From the NCBI GenBank assembly GCA_951406725.2, contig OX597838.1, positions 3,720,001 through 3,784,000 on the forward strand: DNA of 64,000 nt, written 5' to 3'. Position 1 is the first letter of the stretch; every line of letters begins with the position of its first letter. Position numbers and translations under genes: made by a program. Shown one piece after another: positions 26,827-39,756 of the stretch. The DNA comes from Octopus vulgaris. Its lineage: Eukaryota. The notes below the pieces were generated by a model. That model did not search any database. It was not told the origin of the DNA and saw only the letters and a list, made by a program, of their open reading frames with translations.

Positions 26827-27644
26827 TGTGTGTGTGTGTGTGTCTGTGTGTGTGTGTCTGTGTGCGTGTGTGCCTGTGTGTGTGTGTCTCTGTGTGTGTG
26901 TGTGTGTGTGTCTGTGTGTGTGTGTCTGTGTGCGTGTGTGTCTGTGTGTGTGTGTCTCTGTGTGTGTGTGTGTGTCTGTGTGTGTGTGTGTCTGTGTGTG
27001 TGTGTGTGTCTGTGTGTGTGTGTGTCTGTGTGTGTGTGTCTGTGTGTGTGTGTTTGTGCGTGTGCGTATGCGTATTTGTGCGTGAGCCTGAGAAAGCGTG
27101 ACTTTATGCATTCACAGACACACACACATATATATATACGTATGTATATGTATGTATATATACATATATGTATATATATGTGTATATATAATATCGTATG
27201 GCATCCTGGTTCATCATAGTTCATCAGATGTCTCCATTCCGAAGCTTAATCCAATATCCATAATTACATAAGGACTGCTGAGCCGAATGTTAACCCGGCG
27301 CTTACGTCACATAAATCACCGGTTTATCTCGCCAACGGCGATAACGTTTATGAGTACGTGTTTTTGTAGTAGTAGTAGTAGTGGTGGTGGTGGTGGTGGT
27401 GGTGGTCGGTAGATGTCTTTATTAAATATTTGTTAAAAGGTCCCGTAAATATTGACTATGTCGAAATATGTCGGCTATTTTAATGAAGTCGTGATGGTGT
27501 GTCTAAGACCGTCGGGTATAGATATATGCGCGGCGCGTATTATATAATATATACATATATATATATCCACGTAGATATATGTGTGTGTATGTATATGTAC
27601 AGATATATATATATACATACATATATATACTTGTTTTTTTTTTT

Positions 27645-27724
<80 letters not shown>

Positions 27725-27802
27725 TTATATACATACAGATATACGTACTTGCATACATACTCTCTCTCTCTCTCTCTCCATATATATATATATATATATA
27801 TA

Positions 27803-27838
<36 letters not shown>

Positions 27839-28453
27839 TTAAAATGAAAGTAAGAGGAAAAGAAAGACTGAAAAAGGTGAGAGAGAGGGACAGAGAGAGA
27901 GTGAGAGAGAGAGAGAGAGAGAGAAAGGAAGAGAGAGAGAGAGAGTGTGGGTTTCCTTGTATTTTTCTTTTATTTATCAAATCGGAAGTAAAGTGCGCAT
28001 GACCTTGCAAAGCCTCTGAGACAATTGGGTAGAAGGGCGGAAGTTATGGACTGACCAGAGGCTTGGTCAGTATGTTTGCAAGAGAGAGAGAGAGAAAGAG
28101 AGAGGACTATGTTGTTTCACTGGGGGTCAAGCGAGCGGTGGGGGAGGGGGCGGTAAGCAATGGAGGCGGATGGGGTGGGGGCTGCGTTTGCTCGTAACTA
28201 CATGGACACCTAATAAAAATAAGGGGATCAGGTCGAAGACATGCCGAATGAGAGAGAAGGGGTTTTCGCCTACCAAATTATTCTCGACTGTGAATGAATG
28301 CCAATATATATATACAGACATACATACATACATACATATACACACACACATATATATATATATATATATGCACATATATTGCACACGTATGCATACATAT
28401 ATATATATATATATACATATATACATACATATATATACATATATATGTATGTA

Positions 28454-28515
<62 letters not shown>

Positions 28516-28545
28516 ATAAAATATTGCACACAGCTGTCTCTATTA

Positions 28546-28581
<36 letters not shown>

Positions 28582-28829
28582 GCGTATTATGTGTGTATGT
28601 ATGTGTATAATCTAGTCTATTTGCACACTGCCTTGCTGCTTTTTCCAGGTCTACGCTTCTAATTCTTTATGTGGTTCCATTGACGGGAAGACTGAATAAT
28701 TCCTTATTAATTATGTAAGAAATTATGTGACCTTAAGGGAAAAAAAATCGAATAAAATGTATCATCGGTCTACAGTATGGCAGCAACTTGTCTGAAAAAG
28801 AAGCGTTCGGACTACAATAATGGACGAAG

Positions 28830-29060
28830 CCTATCACACCGTCGGTTACAATGACGAGTGTTCCATTTGAGTCGATCAACGGAACAGCCTGCTCGGGAAA
28901 TTAACGAGCAAGTGGCTGAGAACTCCACGGATACGATTACACTTAATGTTGTTCCCAGAGAGATTCAGCGAGATTTAGAATGTGATAGGCTGGCTCTTTG
29001 AATTACAGATACCGCTCATTATTGCCCAACGTCTAGGCCATGCGCCCTAACCATGAGGCC
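28830..29060 (-). mobile_element. decayed SINE family C fragment
   Basis: Similar to 60690-60870 (gatcaacggaacagc.tgctcg.gaaattaacg..caagtggctgag). Confidence 0.75.
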
Positions 29061-29709
29061 TTCACTAATGTCGATGAAGACATCTCTTATAAATGTTATG
29101 ATGCACGGCGTAAAATACGAAATAATTGATTATGGAGCTCTATAATGAGTTGTATGTATGCTACGACATTATAATTTATGATATCAATGAAATACATCTT
29201 GTTTCAATACAAAATTGTCATATCATCCGGCTATATATTTTCTAGTATTTGGACTCACGTGGACTGGTTTCTCGACTGGCATTATATACATACATATATA
29301 CGTACACATATATACATTCATATATATATATTCACACATACGCATACATACATATATATGTACATACATACATACATACATACATACATTCATGCATGCA
29401 TGCATACGTACGTACGTACGTACATACATATACATGCATGCATGCATGCATACATACATGCATGCATGCATATACATACATACATACATACATACATACA
29501 TACATACATACACACACATACCCTTCCTATTAATATCTAAATAAAACCAATCCAAGTTGTTCAGATCTGCACACCAACAACCTAACAACATGCACTGTTA
29601 TGGATCCCTATGTTCTTAAACTGTCGCACCTTGTTTTTCCTTGTCCCTTTTTTTCTTCTATCATCTAACTGTCTGGATGTTTTGCGCTCTTGCTCCATTT
29701 TTTGTATTC

Positions 29710-29812
<103 letters not shown>

Positions 29813-29854
29813 AATGTATGTATGTATGTATGTATGTATGTGTGTGTATATAGA

Positions 29855-30020
29855 TATGCGACGGGCTTCCTTCAGTCTCTGTCTACCAAATTCACTCACA
29901 AAGATTTGGTCTGCCCGAGCCTATTGCAGACGACATTTGTCCAAGGTGCCTCGCCGTAAGACCGAACCCGAAACCATGTGATTGGGAAGCAAACTTCTTA
30001 CTACTCAGCTACGCCTGCGC
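29855..30020 (-). mobile_element. tRNA-SINE family A, 5' half, diverged
   Basis: Reverse complement of the family A head. Confidence 0.8.
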
Positions 30021-31934
30021 TCCACCTCCTCCTCCTCCTCCTCTTCTATTTCTCACTACATACATACACAAGACATACACACACACACACATATGAGGGA
30101 AAGACAGAGAGAGAAGGAGGAGAAAGAGGGAGAGAAATGGGTCGGTCGATAGAATGCTAAGTCATATCGTGGAAAGATGGCGTTGTTATGCGTGTACTAG
30201 TATGTACGTATGTGTGTGTGCGTCCACGCCTAATGTGTACGTGTCTGTGTATGTGTATGCGTGTATGCGTGTGTGTGTGTGTGCGTGTATGTTAGTGTGA
30301 GTATGCGCATGCGTGTAATTTCGTTATACCTTTCATTATGTCACCGAGCCTTTTTTTCCAGCCTCTGAAATCACGCCAAATGAATATTCGTGGACAGGAT
30401 AAATTCATTGGAGTTCAAGCCATTGGAATTCACGGATCGTGTCCTGACAGTCATCGACTATATTTGATTCAATTACTCATATTTTTATCGTTCATATCAC
30501 AGGTTAAACGGCTGTTGGAACAGCTATCTCCTTCCCCTTTACAAACATTAGGGTGATTTCGTTTGTTTTATTTCGCCTCTGATTTGTTGTTTTTTTTTAT
30601 TTTGCCCTACCCTATTTGTCTCCCTTGTTTTTATGGCCATTTTTTTTTCTTTCAGCCACTTCTGTCTTCTGGCGGCGGCGGCGGCGGCGGCGGCGGTTTG
30701 CATCAGGGGCGTCGTCAAGGGGCGGCGGCGAGGTTTGGTGCGTGAGTTGAGGTGGGAACGGATGGATATTAATGCTTCTGTGTTTGTGTATGTATGCAGA
30801 TGTCAAGAAGTATGTGTATATATGAGACTTCGTGTGTGTGTGTGTGTGTGTATGTATCATTAGGTATATATGTGTGTCTGTATGAGTATTTTTGTGTATG
30901 TGTGTATATATATGCATTTATGTATACACGAATCTATAGACATTTACAGATATGTGTTTGAATATGTACATGTATATATATGTGTGTATGTGTGTATGAA
31001 ATGCGTATGTATACGTGTGCATGTATGCGATATATGTAAGCATATGTGTGTGTGTGTGTGTGTGTGCACGATTGAGCGTTATATGTGTCCGTCCATGTAT
31101 GTGTATATATGTGTTTATATGTATATATTTTTATATATACACACACACACGCATTTGTGAGTATGTATATGCATGTATGTGCATGTATGTATGTGTGATA
31201 TATGTGCTTATACGTGTGTGCCTGTGTGTGTAGTATATATAAGTATATGTGTATGTATTGTATGTGCGTATGTGTTAAATATATTAACGAAATCTCGTTC
31301 ACTATTAATCACGTCACGACGGTCGCCATGTCTAAATAAATATTAAGAAATCTATTGAGGTATAGGCGGTAGTAGAGAGGGTTGTTGCAGTAGTGGAGGC
31401 TCTTGTTTTTATTATTATTATAGAAGATGTTGTCGGTGTTTTCATGAGGTGTAGCAGTGACAGTGGTGGTGGTTGTGATGGCTCTGTTGTTGCTGGTGTT
31501 GTTGTTGCTGGTGTTGTATGCCTGGTGGTGTTGGTGTTGTTAGAGATGATGGTGGTTGTTTTGGTGGAGTTTGTGGTTGTGGTGGTGATTGTATTGGTGG
31601 TAGTTGTCGAGGTGGTGGTGGTTGCATCAATGGCTGTGGAGGTGGTGATTGCATTATTGGTAGTTGTGGTGGTGGTGGTGTTTGTGTCAATGGAGGTGGT
31701 GGTTGTATTGGTAGTGGTTGTGGTAGTGATGGTGGTGGTGGTGGTGGTGGTGGTGGTGGTGGTGGTGGTGGTGGTGGTGGTAGAGGTGATTGCGTTGGTG
31801 GTGATCGTGCTGGTGGTAGCTCTGATGGTGGTGGTGGTTGTGTTGGCAGTGGTTGTATCGATGGCGGTTGTGGTGATAGTTGTTGTTGTTGTTGTGGTGG
31901 TGGTGGTGCCGCTGTCGCTCCCCACCAGATACAC

Positions 31935-32012
31935 AAGATGCCAATGCCCTCGTTTGTCTCTAAGAAATGACGTCACATCTGCCTTACGTCTGCATGATTG
32001 GTCATGTGACAG
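31935..32012. promoter_or_regulatory. CRE + CCAAT + M-box motif cluster
   Basis: TGACGTCA 31968-31975, GCCAAT 31940, GATTGG 31996, GTCATGTGAC 32001-32010, TGACAG 32007. Confidence 0.3.
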
Positions 32013-32350
32013 ACGGGGGGGGGAGGAGACATATTTCACACACACACATCTATAAATGCATATACACACTCACAAACATCCACATACATAGTAGCATATA
32101 CGCTTACACATAACTGAATACACGCGTACAGTCATACATACATACGTACATACATACATACATACATACATACATACATACATACATACATACATACATA
32201 GGTAACATACGAACGTACGCACGAACGCATAGGCGAGCGGTCGCACATGCAGACATACGCGTGTACACACTCCAGCAAAAACATTCGCACATACAAAAAA
32301 AGAAACCTTCGTACGTATATACATTCACACACAAACACACACGCACACAA

Positions 32351-32426
<76 letters not shown>

Positions 32427-32771
32427 GCGCACATAGTTCCGCACGCTCCATAGAATATGCGCATGTACACACTCACACAAACACACATATACGAACACAT
32501 GAACATACATTCACATATGGTACTTTTAACGAATTGAAGAATTCTCTATAATGAAGAATTCCCTACAATAAATTTGCTATTATTAAGCGGGTGACTTAAT
32601 CTAAATTAACGGGAGATTTTAATGGAAGGTTTTAAGCCAGAGTACTCTTATATAGGAAGTTTGTATCATAGAATAGGTTGGAATCAAAACGGTTTCTGCT
32701 GAAATACATTGCTTTTGTTTCAAATAGTTTTTTTTAACGAAGAATTTTGTACAATAATTTTGTCAAGTTAT

Positions 32772-32975
32772 AAAGGGCAACAACCCTGAAACATGTCTGC
32801 AGATGTCTGACTAGCAAGGTGAAGCGGCTGACCTCCCCTGTTCGAAGGTTTGTAATGGACGCAGGTTCGTGTGTCAAATAGCTAGCTAGAGGCGATGGCC
32901 TCTTGGAGCTAATCAGCGACAGCTTTAGTCTTATATTTTTAGACTACCATATTAGTATGGCGATAACTATTAATA
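32772..32975. mobile_element. 204-bp structured insertion with 13-bp target-site duplication
   Basis: tttgtcaagttat at 32759-32771 and 32976-32988 flanks the insert. Confidence 0.6.
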
Positions 32976-33189
32976 TTTGTCAAGTTATTATTTTGAGAAT
33001 AAATTAACATTAAAATTTGATGCAAAGTTTTTATCTTGATCACGTTAATTCTTTTGTTACCATTATATATGTTGAAATACACTGCTTTTGTGACAATTAA
33101 TTCTGAAAATAATGAAGGATTTAGTAAAATAACATTGTCTGGTGATAGGGAATAAATTGTTATGAAAATTCTATGGAATATATTAAATT

Positions 33190-33440
33190 ACCACTGCGCC
33201 ATATGCCCGTGGACATATGGCGTAGTGGTTACGAGCGCGGGCTACTAACCCCAAGATTCCGAGTTCGATTCCAAGCAGGGACCTGAACAACAACAACACC
33301 GAAAAATACCTTAGGAATGAGAACCCAGGTTCGAAATTTTCCCAAGATACCTGAAGAAGGCTGGAGGGTATATCAGTCGAAACGTTGTGTTAACAACAAA
33401 CAAGACGAGGACAAATATCCGTCGAATGTAAATAATGAAT
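33190..33440 (+). mobile_element. tRNA-headed element with hammerhead-bearing tail
   Basis: A box tggcgtagtgg, B box gttcgattcc, an inverted head fragment upstream, and a hammerhead motif at 33345-33391; the tail is shared with 62572-62712. Confidence 0.8.
33345..33391 (+). ncRNA. minimal type I hammerhead ribozyme motif
   Basis: GAUAC-CUGAAGA-A-GGCUGG(agggtata)UCAGUC-GAAAC-GUU-GUGUU; stems I and II pair, stem III is the palindrome AACGUU. Confidence 0.65.
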
Positions 33441-34074
33441 ATATTATATGTAGATCACTTTATAACGGAGTTTGTAATAGAAACAACGTCAGTCACAAGA
33501 GGGTTGGCATCAAAATGTTTAAACACGACTTGTGCTGTGTTAGATTCTACGAGATCAAGGGATTTTTAGGTATATTGACCTTAAAAAAAATGGAACATAC
33601 ACACACTGCGAGCTGTGTGTTCTTGATACGCCGCGTTGTTAACAATATATGTGGCTGCCATTTTGTTGTATATGTAACGGCTGTAGTGTATGTCAGTAGA
33701 TGTTACGCCATCACCGCTGTCACGCTGTACTTGAGACACGGCAAAAGAATTGAATAATAAAAGCAGAGAGTGTTAATGTGTCGAGCCTTGAATGTTGTTT
33801 TGTTTCAACTTCAATGAAAGATGGAAAATATAATGTCATCGACGTTTACCACTCATCAAAAACAAGCACAGAGGGGTGGCCGTGGATTTATAGTGATGAT
33901 CGCTAGGGACAACAACAATATGGAAAACAATAACGACATGAAGAACCTCCAACTACTTCGCTATAAAATTATTATTGTGTTTGCTTCAAAAGGTTTCTAT
34001 ACACGCGTCTCTACACTTTCGTCTACGCACTGATACAGTATATTTGGATAAATACATTAAAACATGCACTCTTG

Positions 34075-34120
<46 letters not shown>

Positions 34121-34183
34121 ACATACACCACATACGCACATACATTTGCATACATATTGATATATGCATATGTATATACATAT

Positions 34184-34219
<36 letters not shown>

Positions 34220-34222
<3 letters not shown>

Positions 34223-34490
34223 GGCGCAATGAGCCAGTGGTTAGGGCAGCGGACTCGCGGTCGGAGGATCGCGGTTTCGATTCCCAGACCGGGCGTTGTG
34301 TGTGTTTATTGAGCGAAAACACCCAAAGCTGTACTCTTTCGCCTCGACTTTCTCTCACTCTTTCTTCCTGTTTCTTAAGTAACGCTGCGATGGACTGGCG
34401 TCCCGTCCAGCTGAAATGGGGGGGGGGGGGGGCATAAGCCACAGAAACCGGGAAAAGGGCCCATGAGCTAGGCTTGATAAGGGCGCATAA
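34220..34490 (+). mobile_element. tRNA-SINE family C, variant with a V-domain-like 3' part
   Basis: Head shared with 61076(-); gctgcgatggactggcgtcccgtccag...cagaaaccggga resembles the V-SINE domain. Confidence 0.75.
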
Positions 34491-35221
34491 ATAAATTATA
34501 TATATATGTATATATATATATATATATAGTGTTTATAAAGTGTCATTTGTGTGTGTTTACATATATATTTATAACTGTATGTATTTATTTGCATTGTCTT
34601 TTGTCTTTGAACTTTTAACACACAAAATCATTGTACTGCGGCCATGCTGGGGCAGACAGCTTGGTGGTGGTGGTGGTGGTGGTGGTCGTCGTCGTCGTCA
34701 TCGTCATCGTGGTGGAGGAGACGGTTGTGTTTTCTGAAACACATTTTTTTCAATTTCAAGCTAAAAGAATTCTTTCACTTGCAAACGAGAGACAAAATTT
34801 TCGACGTAATTGAACTTGGCCGATTTCAGTAATTTCACTTTCTGCTTCATAAAACGAAAAAGAACAAAAACGACGACGAAGATGGCGGCAACCGAAGACG
34901 GCGCATTCTAAACAGAGGTTAATGCGTTGGTGCTTGCCGAAGGTCTATTATTTTATTCGGTTTGTTTAATAAACACACACACTACAACAACAAAACAACA
35001 ACAACAACTAAAGCAAAAACAACTGCGACAATTTCGCCATAAATTATATTTTATTTGCTTGAAACGGTTTCTATACACGCGTCTATAAACATTTTGTCTA
35101 CGCAATAACAAACTATATTTGGATAAATATAATTGCATTATTAAGCTCTGTAAGCATACATACACACATACGTATTCATATTTCTCTATCTATCTAGCTC
35201 TCAAACTCTCTCTCTTATATA

Positions 35222-35263
<42 letters not shown>

Positions 35264-35375
35264 TATAGATACATGTGTATATATATACATATATATATGT
35301 GTATATATATATATATGCATACATATATATACACGTACAAATATATATATACATGTATATATATATATATAATAC

Positions 35376-35408
<33 letters not shown>

Positions 35409-35433
35409 CTATATATATAACGATATATATACA

Positions 35434-35517
<84 letters not shown>

Positions 35518-35644
35518 TATACATATATGTATGTGTATTTTATGCACATATATAGATAGATATACACATATATAATCGTATATGTAAATGATATATATTT
35601 CTATACGTATATACACATACTCTCACACTCACACACAAACACAC

Positions 35645-35687
<43 letters not shown>

Positions 35688-36119
35688 TACTACGTGGACT
35701 ATGCTTCGTTACGCGTACACGAAATGACAACGACGAGGAGGACGAGTACGACAATGATGATGATGAGGATGAGGGTGACAACGATGACGGTGGGGACGAT
35801 GATGATGATGACGGCGACGATTACAAACGTGTGGGCGGGGTTGAGTTTCTTTCACTTTCTACCGAGACACTCGGACTCATCCGGATGAGAGGTATTACTC
35901 AACGCAGTGTACAGCACACACACACACACACACACACAGAGACTATGAACATCATGCATACATAGAGTGGGTGTGTACACACATACACACACATATAAAT
36001 ACATACATATATATATATTCATATACATACATATATATATATATATTTATATATATATATATATATATATCATTCATATACACACATATATATACATATA
36101 TATATACATATATATACAT

Positions 36120-36175
<56 letters not shown>

Positions 36176-36176
36176 T

Positions 36177-36208
<32 letters not shown>

Positions 36209-36409
36209 AATATATATATATATATATTGTTGTGTCTGGTGAGAGTCATTCCGTTTTAATGTCTTAACACACTCACCGGTTCAATATCCACTCATTTATT
36301 ATAATATATACATATATATTATATACATATGATATATATAAAATATACTAATATATATGTAATAAACAAATATGCATTATCTATCTTTGTGTCTGTCAGT
36401 CTGTCTGTC

Positions 36410-36478
<69 letters not shown>

Positions 36479-36758
36479 GTATGTCTATTTCTTCAGATAC
36501 ATATATGGTATCCATAAATACATGAATGCATGCCTGTATACATACATACACACATACATACATACATACATACATGCATACATACATGCATACATGCATA
36601 CATACATACATACATACACATACATGCATGCGTGTGTATGTGTGCGTATGTGGGTTAGTGACACAGTCATCGCGTACTGGATCCTGGGTCCCATGTGAAT
36701 GTTGGGTGGTATGTGATAACAGCTATCGGAGCGTAATGTTTTGATTGAAGTATTCAGA

Positions 36759-36826
<68 letters not shown>

Positions 36827-36965
36827 GCAAGCATACAGACTGACAGACAGACAGGGTAAAAAACAAGAGTGTGTAAAAAATCTGGGTGGATGGAAGAGAG
36901 AAAATATAACGCTCGGTGCAAGAGTCAGAAAGTACAACCTTTATGCGCGGACCCAGGTGACCTCC

Positions 36966-37050
<85 letters not shown>

Positions 37051-37058
37051 TATATATA

Positions 37059-37432
37059 GGCGCAGGAGTGGCTGTGTGGTAAGTAGCTTGCTTACCGACC
37101 ACATGGTTCTGGGTTCAGTCCCACTGCGTGGCAGCTTGGGCAAGTGTCTTCTACTATAGCCTCGGGCCGACCAAAGCCCTGTGAGTGAATTTGGTAGATG
37201 GAAACTGAAAGAATCCCGTCGTATATGTTTGGGTCTGTGTTTCTCCCCCTAACATCGCTTGACAACCGATGCTGGTGTGTTTACGTCCCCGTAACTTAAC
37301 GGTTCGGCAAAAGAGACAGATAGAATAAGTACTAGGCTTACAAAGAATAAGTCCGGGGGTCACCTTGTTCGACTAAAGGCGGTGCTCCAGCATGGCCGCA
37401 GTCAAATGACTGAAACAAGTAAAAGAATAAAA

Positions 37433-37436
<4 letters not shown>
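37059..37436 (+). mobile_element. tRNA-SINE family A, full length
   Basis: Complete head, body and (taaaagaa) tail. Confidence 0.93.
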
Positions 37437-37482
<46 letters not shown>

Positions 37483-37639
37483 GCATGTGGTTATCCCTAA
37501 ATATATCCCTAGTGGCTATCCCTAAATATACACTTGTATTGTAATGTATTCGGATTTTTCAGATTCTTCTATATGCTAGGCTACTGGTTTTAAATTGATA
37601 TAAATTAAATTAATATTCAATTTATCACCCTCGTAATTC

Positions 37640-37712
<73 letters not shown>

Positions 37713-38177
37713 AGCCCATGCTAGCATGAAAAGTGGACGTTAAACGATGATGATGATTATATATATATATATATATGTAGACATAAATGTATATATATAC
37801 ACTCATAGATACATACATACATGCATGCATACATACATGCATACACACATACATACATACATACATACATACATACATACATACATACATACATACATAC
37901 ATACATGCATACACACATACATACATACATACATACATACATACATACATACATACATACATACATACATACATACACACATGCATATAAGTGTTCGCTA
38001 CCCCCTAATACGTTTAACATAACAACCGCCAGGGGGCCATGGAACAATAAGGTATCAACAGCTGGAGTGATATATTTTAGGTTAGAGATAGCTTGAGGCT
38101 TGCGTTGTCTTGTATTGGTGTCTGCGAGGAGGAGGCTAGAATAGTGTTTGGTCAGCGATTCAGTTCTTCTTCTTCTT

Positions 38178-38208
<31 letters not shown>

Positions 38209-38211
38209 TTC

Positions 38212-38278
<67 letters not shown>

Positions 38279-39702
38279 CATTATTATTATTGTTATTATT
38301 ATTATTATTATCATCATCATCATCATCATCATCATTATTATTCCTTGAGTAGGACTTGATCTGAGATGGTAAAAAAACTGCAAGGCGCACAACTCAAGGC
38401 TTTATCTTTGACGATCGAAAGACCCCCGCCAACCTGCTGCTCTCTCGATGGAAAAGTCAGGCAGTTTTCCTCTGTCCGCTGCTCATAGGCAAAGAACCTG
38501 TCCTGTCGCTTGAAGGACTTTCTTCTTAGAACAAATATTCATACTCCCTCCTCCTTCCCCCCCTCCTCAACATCATCATCATTATCGTCATCATCTTCTT
38601 CATTACCGTCATCACCACCATCATCATCGTTATCATCATAGTCATCCTCATCATTTTCATTATTATTACCACCACCACCACCATCATCATCTGCCTCTTC
38701 CTCTTCTATTTCCTCCTCCTTCTCACCATGATCATCATCATGGTCAACATCGTCATCATTATGATGCTGATCCTCACCACCACCACCAACATCATCATCT
38801 CGCCGTCGTCGTCACCAACACCACCGTCATCATTATGACGATAATCGTCACCATCACCACTACCACACACTCATACACACACACATACACACACACACAC
38901 ACACCACCACCACCACCACCACCACCACCATCAGCATCATCAACATCATTACCGAATGATGAACCGTGTGAAGACGGTGACATTTTCTTCAGTTTTTCTT
39001 GCACTTTAATAACCCTAAACCTTATAATATTCCCCCACCCCTATCTACCTCACTTCCCTCCCTTTAAGTAAAGCCATTCTTCTTCAGGAGAGAAACAGCG
39101 CCATCTGTTGACGTAGGTACAAAAATATATTATAAAATACTGGAAAAGGCGACATTTTGTCTGATACGCAGGGTTTGTTTTAATAAGTATTTAACCCACA
39201 AAATTCTAAACGCAAATTCACTGCAGTTATCATGGAGGAAAATTTCTCTCTTACAGTAAAATCGCCATATCTGTCGAGTGCTTCCTGCTAGCAGATTCCT
39301 AGACGACCATTTCTGCCCAGGGTTATATCTTTTCGGTATTTCCCATTAAGATATGGTGGTTTTACACCTTAATGGAGATATTACATCATTAGAAAAGAAA
39401 AACCGTTTTCGTCAGGTGTATACATGAACGACAACATTGAAGAACCAATGGGATGTACGTCTTCATGGCTCTGGGTTCGGTGCCACTGTGTGGAAGTTTG
39501 GGCAAGAGTCTTCTACTATAGCCTAGAGCAGACCAAAGCCTTGTGAGTGAATTTCGTAGATGGAAGCTGAACGAAGCCCTTGCTATATGTGTGTGTGTAT
39601 GTGTTTGTCCCCCACCATCACTTGACAACATTGTGCTCATGACTTAGTGTTTGCTTCTTCCACGGGTATAAGTAAGTATTTCATTTATTTCTTTGCCGCA
39701 TT

Positions 39703-39756
39703 TATCACTGACGAAGAGAAGGTTCTTATGAACTAACTCTGAAATCGGGTCCGATA
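39703..39756 (+). ncRNA. minimal type I hammerhead ribozyme motif
   Basis: UAUCA-CUGACGA-AGAG..GUUC(uuau)GAAC..CUCU-GAAAU-cgg-GUC-CGAUA. Confidence 0.55.

Noticed and set aside
32808-32920. Canonical HDV-like ribozyme
   Set aside because: P2 (gctga/tcagc) and a CUAA junction are present, but L3 would be 13 nt and P1 has mismatches; kept only as an unspecified structured insert.
33211-33285. Functional tRNA gene (also the heads of SINE families A, B and C)
   Set aside because: A and B boxes are present but the acceptor stem does not close, and the sequence continues into repeat bodies.
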